Shown here: piece after piece, positions 21,078 through 29,622 of the stretch
Numbering within the stretch: position 1 is the first letter of the stretch
Layout: every line of letters begins with the position of its first letter
DNA from: a virus
IMG/VR virus record: IMGVR_UViG_3300021326_000192
Reading direction: 5' to 3' (one strand)
Length of the DNA stretch: 30,561 bases
Position numbers and translations under genes: made by a program
Notes under the pieces: generated by a model
Told to the model about the DNA's origin: nothing
Databases searched by the model: none
What the model saw: only the letters and a program-made list of their open reading frames with translations

Positions 21078-22064
21078 CTAATTAAAAATTAATATGGATT
21101 TTAAAGAATTAATATATTTCTCTTTAAGATTTTTAGGATTTTCCATGAAATAAGATGAATGAGTATTGTTCTTACCTCTTCCTTGAAGTGCATCAATTTC
21201 TTCTAAACTCAAACCATTTTCGTGATTATATAATGCTGAAGCATGAAATTTTCGTAACATATGACTTCTAAAACGATTATACTTTCTGACTTTACCTAAA
21301 TTTAAAGTTTCATTAATTTCGTTGAAATAATTATTCAAATAATCTAAATTAGTTTTAAATAACTTATCATCATTTTTTAATTTTCTTTTAGATATAATTA
21401 AATAATCTAAGATATAAGTAACGGCTTCTGGAGAACAGAAAGTAAAATAAAACTTATTAGTTTTTTGTCTTTTAAGTTTAAATGTTGGAACTACATCATT
21501 TCTCTTAATTAAAATAGTTATTATTTCATAAATATCATTACTATCATGATATTCTTTTGTGGAATCAATAAAATCTTGAATTGTAATATTCAATGTTTCT
21601 TGGCGAGCACAGCCACTACTGGAAATAAATAAAATAATTGCTTTCATAATAGGATTAGTGATGTTAATAGCATCTTTAATGATTTTTTTAGTAGGTAAAT
21701 CTTCAAACATTATTGGTTTTAATTTATTACTATTTTTAAGATTTAAAGGTGGCAAATTATGAATCTCAATTTCAAAATGCCTATAAATAGTTAAGATTCT
21801 TTGAAAATGAACTTTAACAGTGCTTATGAGGTATTGTTTTTGTAAATACGCTCTAAAATTTAATAATCTTTTTTTAATCCTACGATTTTTCCATCTAACT
21901 CCATTTTCCTCATCTTCTTCAGCTTCTTTAAGAAGTTCTGATAAAGACATGTTATTAAAATTTGTATAAAGTTTGATTGCATTGTTATAACCATAAACAG
22001 TTCTATTATTCAAATTTCGAATTTTAATGAACTCATTCATGATTTCTTTGTCTTCATGATTCAT
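21078..22064 (-). CDS. Tyrosine recombinase, candidate hsdS invertase and/or island integrase; paralog of 1..1128
   Basis: RSHMLRKFHASALYN identical to integrase 1; LQGR...THSSYF; directly abuts the hsdS cassettes. Confidence 0.9.
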   Translation of the reverse strand: MNHEDKEIMNEFIKIRNLNNRTVYGYNNAIKLYTNFNNMSLSELLKEAEEDEENGVRWKNRRIKKRLLNFRAYLQKQYLISTVKVHFQRILTIYRHFEIEIHNLPPLNLKNSNKLKPIMFEDLPTKKIIKDAINITNPIMKAIILFISSSGCARQETLNITIQDFIDSTKEYHDSNDIYEIITILIKRNDVVPTFKLKRQKTNKFYFTFCSPEAVTYILDYLIISKRKLKNDDKLFKTNLDYLNNYFNEINETLNLGKVRKYNRFRSHMLRKFHASALYNHENGLSLEEIDALQGRGKNNTHSSYFMENPKNLKEKYINSLKSILIFN

Positions 22065-22072
22065 AATAATAT

Positions 22073-23464
22073 TTGTTTACTTTCAGAAAAAATGGACATT
22101 TTTATGAGAAGATTGGTAAGAAAGGTGAACCTGTTTGTATTGATGATGAAATTCCTTTTGACATTCCAGATACTTGGGAATGGTGTAAGTTTGAAAATAT
22201 AATTGAGCTCATTTCAGGGAGGGATTTGAAAAAAACACAATATAATGATTTAAATAAAGGCATTCCATATGTTACTGGAGCTAGTAATATTATTAATAAT
22301 CAATTATTAATTAATAGGTGGACTGAGGAACCGGCAGTTATAGCTATAAAAAAGGATATTTTATTAAGTTGTAAGGGGACTATAGGTAAAATACTAATAT
22401 TAAATGAAGATAAAGTCCATATTGCTAGACAAATAATGAGTATTCGTTTAATAGATGAAACTTTAATTAATAGGGAGTATATTGTAATATTTTTAATGTA
22501 TTACGTTAATAATTTAATCAATATTGCTAAAAGTATGATTCCAGGAATATCTCGTGAAGATGTTTTAAAAATTAATATCCCATTACCTCCTTTAAATGAA
22601 CAAAAGAGAATGGTCAAAGAAATTAATAAGTTAAATCCATTAATTAATGAATATGGTATTAATAAAAAGAAATTAGATAAATTAAATTCTGAATTTCCAG
22701 ATAAACTTAAGAGTTCTATTTTACAGGAAGCTATTCAAGGTAAGTTGGTTCCTCAAGATTCTAATGATGAACCTGCATCAGTTTTATTGGAAAAAATTAG
22801 AGATGAAAAAGAAAGATTGATTAAAGAGAAAAAAATCAAAAGAAATAAAAATGAATCATATATTTTTAAAGAAAACAATCATTTTTATGAAAAAATTGGA
22901 AAAGAAGTAGTTGATATAACTAATGATTTACCTTTCGAAATTCCGGGCAATTGGATGTGGTGTAAACTAGAAAATATAACTTCAAATATCCATTATGGTT
23001 ATACTGCTTCAGCCCAAGAAGTAGGCGATGTAAGACTTCTGAGAATAACTGATATTCATGAAAATAATGTAAATTGGGATTCAGTACCATATTGTGTTAT
23101 TAGTGAAGATAAATTAGCAAATTACATTTTAAGAAATAGAGACATAGTCATGGCTCGTACTGGAGGAACAATTGGAAAATCCTATATAATTAATAATTTA
23201 AATAAAAAAGCTGTTTTTGCTTCTTATTTAATTAGAATTATTCCATTGAAAAATATTAATGAAAATTACTTGAAACAATTTTTTGAAAGTCCTTTATTTT
23301 GGAGTCAATTAAGAGATAACACTAAAGGAACAGGACAACCCAATGTCAATGCAAAATCTTTAAAAAATTTATTGATTCCCATACCTCCATTTATTGAACA
23401 GGAGATAATTGTTAATAAAATTGAAAAAATATTTAATGAAATTAATTTAAGATTAAAAGTTTAA
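22073..23464 (+). CDS. hsdS: Inverted, probably silent hsdS cassette: TRD-A, central conserved region, TRD-B
   Basis: Two TRDs each preceded by HFYEKIG and followed by P(L/I)PP..EQ; lacks the N-terminal conserved block; TTG start only 8 nt from the divergent recombinase start. Confidence 0.85.
   Translation: MFTFRKNGHFYEKIGKKGEPVCIDDEIPFDIPDTWEWCKFENIIELISGRDLKKTQYNDLNKGIPYVTGASNIINNQLLINRWTEEPAVIAIKKDILLSCKGTIGKILILNEDKVHIARQIMSIRLIDETLINREYIVIFLMYYVNNLINIAKSMIPGISREDVLKINIPLPPLNEQKRMVKEINKLNPLINEYGINKKKLDKLNSEFPDKLKSSILQEAIQGKLVPQDSNDEPASVLLEKIRDEKERLIKEKKIKRNKNESYIFKENNHFYEKIGKEVVDITNDLPFEIPGNWMWCKLENITSNIHYGYTASAQEVGDVRLLRITDIHENNVNWDSVPYCVISEDKLANYILRNRDIVMARTGGTIGKSYIINNLNKKAVFASYLIRIIPLKNINENYLKQFFESPLFWSQLRDNTKGTGQPNVNAKSLKNLLIPIPPFIEQEIIVNKIEKIFNEINLRLKV
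22126..22161 (+). repeat. Inverted repeat irA, pairs with 24567..24602
   Basis: 36-bp perfect match TGAACCTGTTTGTATTGATGATGAAATTCCTTTTGA in the same codon phase in both hsdS copies. Confidence 0.9.
22395..22503 (+). repeat. 109-bp perfect inverted repeat inside TRD-A, pairs with 23604..23712 in TRD-A'
   Basis: Base-by-base identity checked by eye, within ~450 bp of close inverted similarity. Confidence 0.9.
22866..22903 (+). repeat. Inverted repeat irB, pairs with 23984..24021
   Basis: 38-bp perfect match TTAAAGAAAACAATCATTTTTATGAAAAAATTGGAAAA in the same codon phase. Confidence 0.9.
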
Positions 23465-24028
23465 TTCTTCAAATAATAAATCTATTCTTTCAACAATTCT
23501 TTTTTGTTCTTCTAAAGAAGGTAATGGAATATTTATTTTTAAAACATCTTCACGAGATATGCCTGGGATCATACTTTTAGCAATATTGATTAAATTAGTA
23601 ACATAATACATTAAAAATATTACAATATACTCCCTATTAATTAAAGTTTCATCTATTAAACGAATACTCATTATTTGTCTAGCAATATGGACTTTATCTT
23701 CATTTAATATTAATATTTTGCCTATTGTTCCTTTACAACTTAATAAAATATCATTTTTTATAGCTATAACTGCAGGCTCATCAGTCCATCTATTAATTAA
23801 TAATTGGCCATTTATAATATTGCTTGCACCAGTAACATATGGAATTCCTTTTTTTAAATCATTATATTGTGTTTTTTTCAAATCTCTTCCAGAAATAAGT
23901 TCAATTATATTTTCTAATTTACACCATTCCCAGTTATCTGGAATATCAAAAGGAAGTTCATCATCAATGCAAATAGGATTGTTTTTTCCAATTTTTTCAT
24001 AAAAATGATTGTTTTCTTTAATAATAAA
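23453..24028 (-). pseudogene. hsdS: Start-less silent hsdS cassette TRD-A' (near-duplicate of TRD-A)
   Basis: The open frame extends upstream of the ORF-track start: FIIKENNHFYEKIGKNNPICIDDELPFDIPDNWEWCKLENIIELISGRDLKK... It follows TAA TAA of the expressed hsdS. Confidence 0.85.
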
Positions 24029-24031
24029 TTA

Positions 24032-24817
24032 TTACTCAAGTACTTTATTTAAATTATGTACTTTTTCGATTATCTTTTTTTGTTCATTATACGGAGCTAA
24101 AGGAATTAAATAATTTTTAATAGTTGATAAATTTAGTTCTTTTTGTTTTGTTGACCCGCCTGCTTTAGATTCTATTACTAACTGTACTGTTGGGCTTGCT
24201 AAAAATAAATAGATAAATTCTTGTAAAATATATTCTGCAAATGGTCTTATAATTGTAACATGACTATCTGCAACAGCCCATCCATATTTATTAACAGATT
24301 CATCATACAAACCAACCCTGCCTAATGTACCTAAACCTGTCGAATTCCACATTATATCTTTATTTTGTAATATACGTTCTTCATTATATGAATCAACAGT
24401 TTTTGGATCAATAAATTTTGCTTTTTCGAGTGAGAATCCCGACCATTGATTGCACTTTTGAGCAACAACAGGGAATTTCTTAATTTCAGAATACTTTGGT
24501 GATTTTCCTCTTTGTATATATTTACAAACACTATCTAATCTAACCCACGCCCAATTATCTGGAATTTCAAAAGGAATTTCATCATCAATACAAACAGGTT
24601 CATTATCACCAATCTTTTCATAGAAATGATTATCCCTTTTATAAATAAACGATTCGTTTTTGTTTCTTTTGATTTTTTTCTCCTTAATTAATTGTTCTTT
24701 TTCTTCACGAATTTTTTCTAATAAAACAGAAGCGGGTTCATCATTTGGATCTTGTGGAACTAATTTACCTTCCATTGCTAATTGAAGTATTGAGTTTTTT
24801 AAATCTTCAGCTTTCAT
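24032..24817 (-). CDS. hsdS: Type I specificity subunit in the expression site; single-TRD (TRD-C), 261 aa
   Basis: AGGTGA RBS, directly downstream of hsdM; begins with conserved block MKAEDLKNSILQLAMEGKLVPQDPNDEPASVLLEKI. Confidence 0.9.
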   Translation of the reverse strand: MKAEDLKNSILQLAMEGKLVPQDPNDEPASVLLEKIREEKEQLIKEKKIKRNKNESFIYKRDNHFYEKIGDNEPVCIDDEIPFEIPDNWAWVRLDSVCKYIQRGKSPKYSEIKKFPVVAQKCNQWSGFSLEKAKFIDPKTVDSYNEERILQNKDIMWNSTGLGTLGRVGLYDESVNKYGWAVADSHVTIIRPFAEYILQEFIYLFLASPTVQLVIESKAGGSTKQKELNLSTIKNYLIPLAPYNEQKKIIEKVHNLNKVLE

Positions 24818-24825
24818 AGACTCAC

Positions 24826-26295
24826 CTATTCAATATCCAATATTTTTTTAATTTCAGATAGTGTTTTATCTATTTTAGCTTCGAGTTCTGCTCTTTCTTT
24901 TTGATAATTTGCAATTAACTCATCTGGAGGTAAAATTATTTCTTCTTCATGTGGGAAGCCACATAAATCTAAATTATAGTTGTTATCTTTAATTTCATCA
25001 ATTGTATATAATCTAGCTTTATCAAAGCCGTCAATTTCTATAGGTTGTTTATCGTCCCACCATGATACACAATCATCAAAATGTTCTAATTTCATTGGTT
25101 TTGTTTTAGAAAAGTGTTTATAACCTTCAGGCATGTCAACTCTATAAAACCAAGTTTCTTTAGTTCCTTTACTTGATTTATCAAAAAACAGAATATTTGT
25201 AGTAATACTTGTATATGGTGCAAAAACGCTTCCTGGAAGTCTTATAACAGTATGCAAGTTAAATTCATCCAATAGTTTCTTTTTAATAGATACTTTTATA
25301 TTATCAGTTCCGAATAAAAATCCATCAGGTAAAATAACTGCAGCTCTACCATTTTCTTTTAATCGGTACATAATAACTGACATGAATAAATCTGCAGTTT
25401 CAGAACTTCTTAAATCTTTAGGGAAATTGTCTTGCACTGTTTTTTTCTCACTTCCACCATAAGGAGGATTCATTATTACAACATCAAATTTTTCATCTTC
25501 CGTATAATCCAATACATTCCTGTCAAATGAATTTCCATGAATAATGTTTGGATTATCAAGATCATGTAACAGCATATTAGTTGCACAAAGCATATAAGGT
25601 AAAGCTTTCTTTTCTATACCAAATACTGCATTCTTATATAATTCACGATCAGTGGTTGATGAAACCTTATCATCTAATATATTAAGTACTGAAGTTAAAA
25701 ATCCACCAGTTCCACATGCAAAATCAGCTATTTTTTCATTTAACTCTGGATGTAACATTAATGCCATGAAATCTGTTACTGCACGTGGAGTATAGAATTC
25801 TCCAGCATTTCCTGCACTTTGTAAATCTTTAAGTATTTTTTCATATATTTCACCAAATGCATGTTTGTCATTGTAGTCATCAAAATTTAATTCATCAATT
25901 ATGTTTATGACTTGCCTTAGAAGAACACCATCCTTCATATAATTATTATTGTCTTCAAAAACATCTTTAACGATTTTTTGACCCATTGGTGTGTCTTGAG
26001 ATATTTCTAAATTTTTAAGTGTTGGAAACAACTCTTGGTTGATAAAGTTAAGTAAGTCATCTCCAGTTTTAGCTTTACCATCTTTTTTATCAACAGCCCA
26101 ATTTCTCCATCTTAAATGTTCGGGGATGATGGATTTATAATTGTCTTCATAAATTTCCCATTCTTCTTCTTGAGCATCATATATTTTTAAAAATAGTGTC
26201 CAAGTCATCTGTTCAATTCTTTGTGCATCACCATTAACACCGGCATCATTGCGCATAATGTCTTGAATGCTTTTAACAAAATTATTTAATTCCAT
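24826..26295 (-). CDS. hsdM: Type I restriction-modification methyltransferase (m6A)
   Basis: Motif I DFACGTGGF, motif IV NPPY, GEFYTPR. Confidence 0.95.
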   Translation of the reverse strand: MELNNFVKSIQDIMRNDAGVNGDAQRIEQMTWTLFLKIYDAQEEEWEIYEDNYKSIIPEHLRWRNWAVDKKDGKAKTGDDLLNFINQELFPTLKNLEISQDTPMGQKIVKDVFEDNNNYMKDGVLLRQVINIIDELNFDDYNDKHAFGEIYEKILKDLQSAGNAGEFYTPRAVTDFMALMLHPELNEKIADFACGTGGFLTSVLNILDDKVSSTTDRELYKNAVFGIEKKALPYMLCATNMLLHDLDNPNIIHGNSFDRNVLDYTEDEKFDVVIMNPPYGGSEKKTVQDNFPKDLRSSETADLFMSVIMYRLKENGRAAVILPDGFLFGTDNIKVSIKKKLLDEFNLHTVIRLPGSVFAPYTSITTNILFFDKSSKGTKETWFYRVDMPEGYKHFSKTKPMKLEHFDDCVSWWDDKQPIEIDGFDKARLYTIDEIKDNNYNLDLCGFPHEEEIILPPDELIANYQKERAELEAKIDKTLSEIKKILDIE

Positions 26296-26309
26296 TCCAA
26301 CCCTCCTCC

Positions 26310-28601
26310 CTAATCAACATACAACTCTTTTTGTAAATCGTGTATAGCATTCAAAAAACCATCACGCCCACCAAACTCAGAAACGATCTTTTTAGTACTT
26401 GCAATTCTTCTAAAAGGGTCATTTTCAAGGATTCTAATATTTTCTATATCTGTTATTCCTTCACTAGAATACTTATCAAGTAATCCTTCAAGTACTTGGC
26501 GAGCAATACCTTCATATTTATTTAAGTAATCACGTTTTTTGACGTTGTTCGCTCTTTCTGAACGAGTAAGCGGTTCTTTATCGAATGCAATATGGCATAT
26601 TAAATCAAAGTCATCCATTTCATCATTACCAGACAATTCTCTTAATTCATCTAAAAAGATTTCATGTTGGTATAACTCATCAATAATAGCTTGTTTTTTA
26701 TCGTATGAATTCCATGTTTTAATAAATTCTTCTAATGTGGAATATTCTCTTAAGATATTGTTTCTAGTAAAATCAATGAAATTGTCTGTTTTTAATTTCC
26801 CATGTTCATCATAACATTGGTTTTGTTCTAAAATAACAGTAACTGGAACTCCATTAACTCTTGGAACAACTTTAGGTGGTTCAACGGGTGGGTCAACAGG
26901 ATCTGGAATAGGTTTAGGAGGTATATCTTCTAAAATAACAACTGGTTTTCCATCAAATGCTGGATCAGCGAATTTACGGGTATTATTTCTGAAGTCCATA
27001 ATTGTGAAGAAATTTTTTCCTAAGTCTTCACGTAATCTAGTACCTCTTCCTATAATTTGTTTAAATTCTGTCATGGATCCGATATTCTTATCTAAGACTA
27101 TTAATTTAGTTGTTTTTGAATCGACACCTGTTGACATTAACATAGATGTTGTTGCAATGACTGGATATTTTTCATGTGAATCTATGAAGTAATCTAATTG
27201 TGATTTGCCGAATTCATCATTGCCTGTTATTCTTACAACATATTTGGAATTCTCAGCAACCAAATCATTATTGGCATTGACCAGAGCTTGTCTCATTCTT
27301 TCTGCATGATTTGTATCTACACAGAATACAATTGTTTTATCAAACCTATTTGTTCTCTTTAGATATTCTGTTATTTTAGAAGCTACGATTTCTGTTCTTT
27401 CATCAATTATAATGTTTTTATCAAAATCTAGAGTATTGTAAATTCTATCTTCAACCGGGTTTCCATGTATATCCAGTTTATCTTTAGGTGGCCTATAGCC
27501 ATTTGCATCAATGTCAGTTAAAATTCTAATTACTTTGTAAGGTGCTAAAAATCCGTCTTGTATTCCTTGTTTTAAACTGTATGTGTAAACTGGTTCACCA
27601 AAGTAGGTAATGTTTGAAGCTTGTTTTGTTTCTTTTGGTGTAGCTGTCATACCAATTTGAGTTGCGGAACTAAAGTACTCTAAAATTTCTCTCCATTCTG
27701 AATCAGCTTTCGCACTGCCCCTATGACATTCATCAACAAAAATCAAATCAAAAAATTCAGGATCTAAATCTTCATAAGGTTGTTTATCTGCATCAGGAGT
27801 AACTAATTGTTGATAAAGTGCAAAAAATACTTCATAAGAACTGTCCAATTCATGTTTTTGGACTTTGGTCATGACTTTTTCGAATGGTTTGAAGTCTTGT
27901 GTCATAGTTTGGTCAATGAGAATATTTCTGTCTGCTAAATACAAAATTTTCTTTTTAGTTCCAGATTTCCATAATCTATGGGCAATTTGAAATGCTGTGA
28001 ATGTTTTTCCAGTACCAGTTGCCATTACTAATAAAATTCTATTTTTTCCATTAGCAATTGATTCAATTGTTCTATTAATTGCAATTCTTTGATAATAACG
28101 TGGAATTTTGGGTTTTTGTCCATTATCTATATGATAAGGTTCTCTTATTATATCTTCAACTTCATCAGAAATTTTCTTTTCATGAATCATTCTCTCCCAT
28201 AACTCTTCAGGAGAAGGAAATTCTTCTAAATAAAGTTCTCTTTCTTTTCCAGTTATCATATCGTGTTCTAAAAATCCACTACCATTGGAACTGTATACAA
28301 AAGGAACATCTAAAATTTCAGCATAATGTATTCCTTGTTGCATGCCATCACCAACAGCATGTTTTTGATCTTTAGCTTCAACAATAGCTAACGGTAAATT
28401 TGGTTTATATGAAAGAAGATAATCAGCTCTTTTTCTTGCACCTCTTTTAGCTTTCATGCCTTTGATTATCATTTGCCCATCGGTGAATGAATATTCAAAA
28501 CGAATTTGGGTTTTATCCCATCCGGCATTTTCAATTGAAGGTGTAATGAATTGATATTTTACATCTTCTTCAGAATAATTATTGTAACTCATTATTGACA
28601 C
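26310..28601 (-). CDS. hsdR: Type I restriction subunit, EcoAI/EcoEI (Type IB)-like; ATG 28592 is an alternative start
   Basis: ADYLL...AIVEAK nuclease motif, MATGTGKT, DECHRG, MTATP, QIIGRGTR, EcoEI-like C-terminal domain. Confidence 0.95.
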   Translation of the reverse strand: MSIMSYNNYSEEDVKYQFITPSIENAGWDKTQIRFEYSFTDGQMIIKGMKAKRGARKRADYLLSYKPNLPLAIVEAKDQKHAVGDGMQQGIHYAEILDVPFVYSSNGSGFLEHDMITGKERELYLEEFPSPEELWERMIHEKKISDEVEDIIREPYHIDNGQKPKIPRYYQRIAINRTIESIANGKNRILLVMATGTGKTFTAFQIAHRLWKSGTKKKILYLADRNILIDQTMTQDFKPFEKVMTKVQKHELDSSYEVFFALYQQLVTPDADKQPYEDLDPEFFDLIFVDECHRGSAKADSEWREILEYFSSATQIGMTATPKETKQASNITYFGEPVYTYSLKQGIQDGFLAPYKVIRILTDIDANGYRPPKDKLDIHGNPVEDRIYNTLDFDKNIIIDERTEIVASKITEYLKRTNRFDKTIVFCVDTNHAERMRQALVNANNDLVAENSKYVVRITGNDEFGKSQLDYFIDSHEKYPVIATTSMLMSTGVDSKTTKLIVLDKNIGSMTEFKQIIGRGTRLREDLGKNFFTIMDFRNNTRKFADPAFDGKPVVILEDIPPKPIPDPVDPPVEPPKVVPRVNGVPVTVILEQNQCYDEHGKLKTDNFIDFTRNNILREYSTLEEFIKTWNSYDKKQAIIDELYQHEIFLDELRELSGNDEMDDFDLICHIAFDKEPLTRSERANNVKKRDYLNKYEGIARQVLEGLLDKYSSEGITDIENIRILENDPFRRIASTKKIVSEFGGRDGFLNAIHDLQKELYVD

Positions 28602-28625
28602 AACATTATAATTCTATTAATATAT

Positions 28626-28675
28626 AGTTTATTTTTTGATAAAATAAACTTTTTTATATGAAAGCAATATTGCTT
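28626..28675. promoter_or_regulatory. Two palindromes upstream of hsdR, candidate operators
   Basis: AGTTTATTTT-N5-AAAATAAACT (28626..28650) and AAGCAATATTGCTT (28662..28675). Confidence 0.35.
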
Positions 28676-28701
28676 CAAGATAATCAAATAATAAGTTTTA
28701 A

Positions 28702-29002
28702 TCAATAATTTTTATTTATGATATTCATGATATGTTCTTTTGTAATTTCGTTAATATTGAATGCTAACTTGCCCCATAATAGGTATTCTTCCTCATCATA
28801 GCTTTCATGCCAATCCTCGAGGGAAATCTCATCATCAATGTTGTACTTATCGGCAATACTTTTTGTTTTGTTGTAATATTCCTTAGAATGTTCCAATAGA
28901 TTATATTCATTGGCCCAATTGATGTTATGTTCTCCTTGTATCACACCTAACTGATATAAATCATTAAGATAATCTTCGAGTGGTATTTTCGGATTTAATC
29001 AT
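28702..29002 (-). pseudogene. Acidic hypothetical gene with an apparent +1 frameshift near its 5' end
   Basis: ATG 29002 follows AAGTGAG. Removing one A from ATGATTAAATCCG joins it to ...PKIPLEDYLNDLYQLGVIQGEH; span 301 nt = 100 codons + 1. Confidence 0.5.
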
Positions 29003-29074
29003 TATTCTCACTTTTATTATTAGTTACTTCAGTTTTATGTTTATACATTTTTTCTATAAAAAGTAGCTATTATA

Positions 29075-29116
29075 TATAAATATTTATATATTATAAATAA
29101 TAAATTATATAATAAA
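29075..29116 (+). promoter_or_regulatory. Palindromic TATA plus late-promoter signature upstream of the capsid operon
   Basis: TATAAATATTTATA at 29075..29088; ATAATAAATTATATAATAAA at 29097..29116 is identical to 13375..13394. Confidence 0.6.
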
Positions 29117-29136
29117 TTAAGTGGAGGAAAAATTTA

Positions 29137-29622
29137 ATGGCAGATTCTATAATTTTACTTGAAGAGAGAAAAGAAGTCACAACTTTCCTTCTGGATGAAG
29201 GTGAAATCACTGCAACTACTGTAACAACCCCTACTGGTGAAACTCCAGGTTATGAATATGCAGGAGATAAAATCAAAGTTGATGATGCCGTAACATTATC
29301 AGCTAACTCAGATATTGGAAAACCAACAGTCAAAAAATACACTGCAGCAGATGGTGAAATCATTCTGGGCATTGCAGTAAACGATCCAATCACCATGACT
29401 GGTGGTAGAAGAAAAACTGCAATCTTAGTATTAGGTCATTTATTCAGATTAAAATTAGCTAGTGGATTGTCAAATATTAACGTTAAAGATAGAATTGCTT
29501 TAACAAGCACTGGAGCTATCAAATCAGATGACGGTGAATATATTGCAATGCACCCTGTAGCTAGCTCAGATGATTACAATTACATTGAAGTATTCAGACC
29601 ATATGATATAGGTGAGGCTTAA
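29137..29622 (+). CDS. Capsid decoration / cement protein
   Basis: 161 aa, beta-rich, immediately upstream of the capsid gene; ILGIAVND and RIALTSTGAI patterns resemble head-decoration proteins; GGAGG RBS. Confidence 0.7.
   Translation: MADSIILLEERKEVTTFLLDEGEITATTVTTPTGETPGYEYAGDKIKVDDAVTLSANSDIGKPTVKKYTAADGEIILGIAVNDPITMTGGRRKTAILVLGHLFRLKLASGLSNINVKDRIALTSTGAIKSDDGEYIAMHPVASSDDYNYIEVFRPYDIGEA

Larger units (their letters stand above)
19953..28700. mobile_element. AT-rich island carrying wHTH, recombinase and Type I R-M genes inside the viral element; borders approximate
   Basis: Visible shift to more AT-rich sequence after 19941; mostly antisense to the viral genes; has its own recombinase. 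No flanking repeats found. Confidence 0.55.

Noticed and set aside
24029-24034. Read-through from the expressed hsdS into in-frame TRD-A'
   Set aside because: Two tandem TAA codons, and the fusion would lack the central conserved spacer.
19942-29136. Target-site duplication or att repeats flanking the R-M island
   Set aside because: No convincing direct repeat found by eye at either border, so the borders remain approximate.
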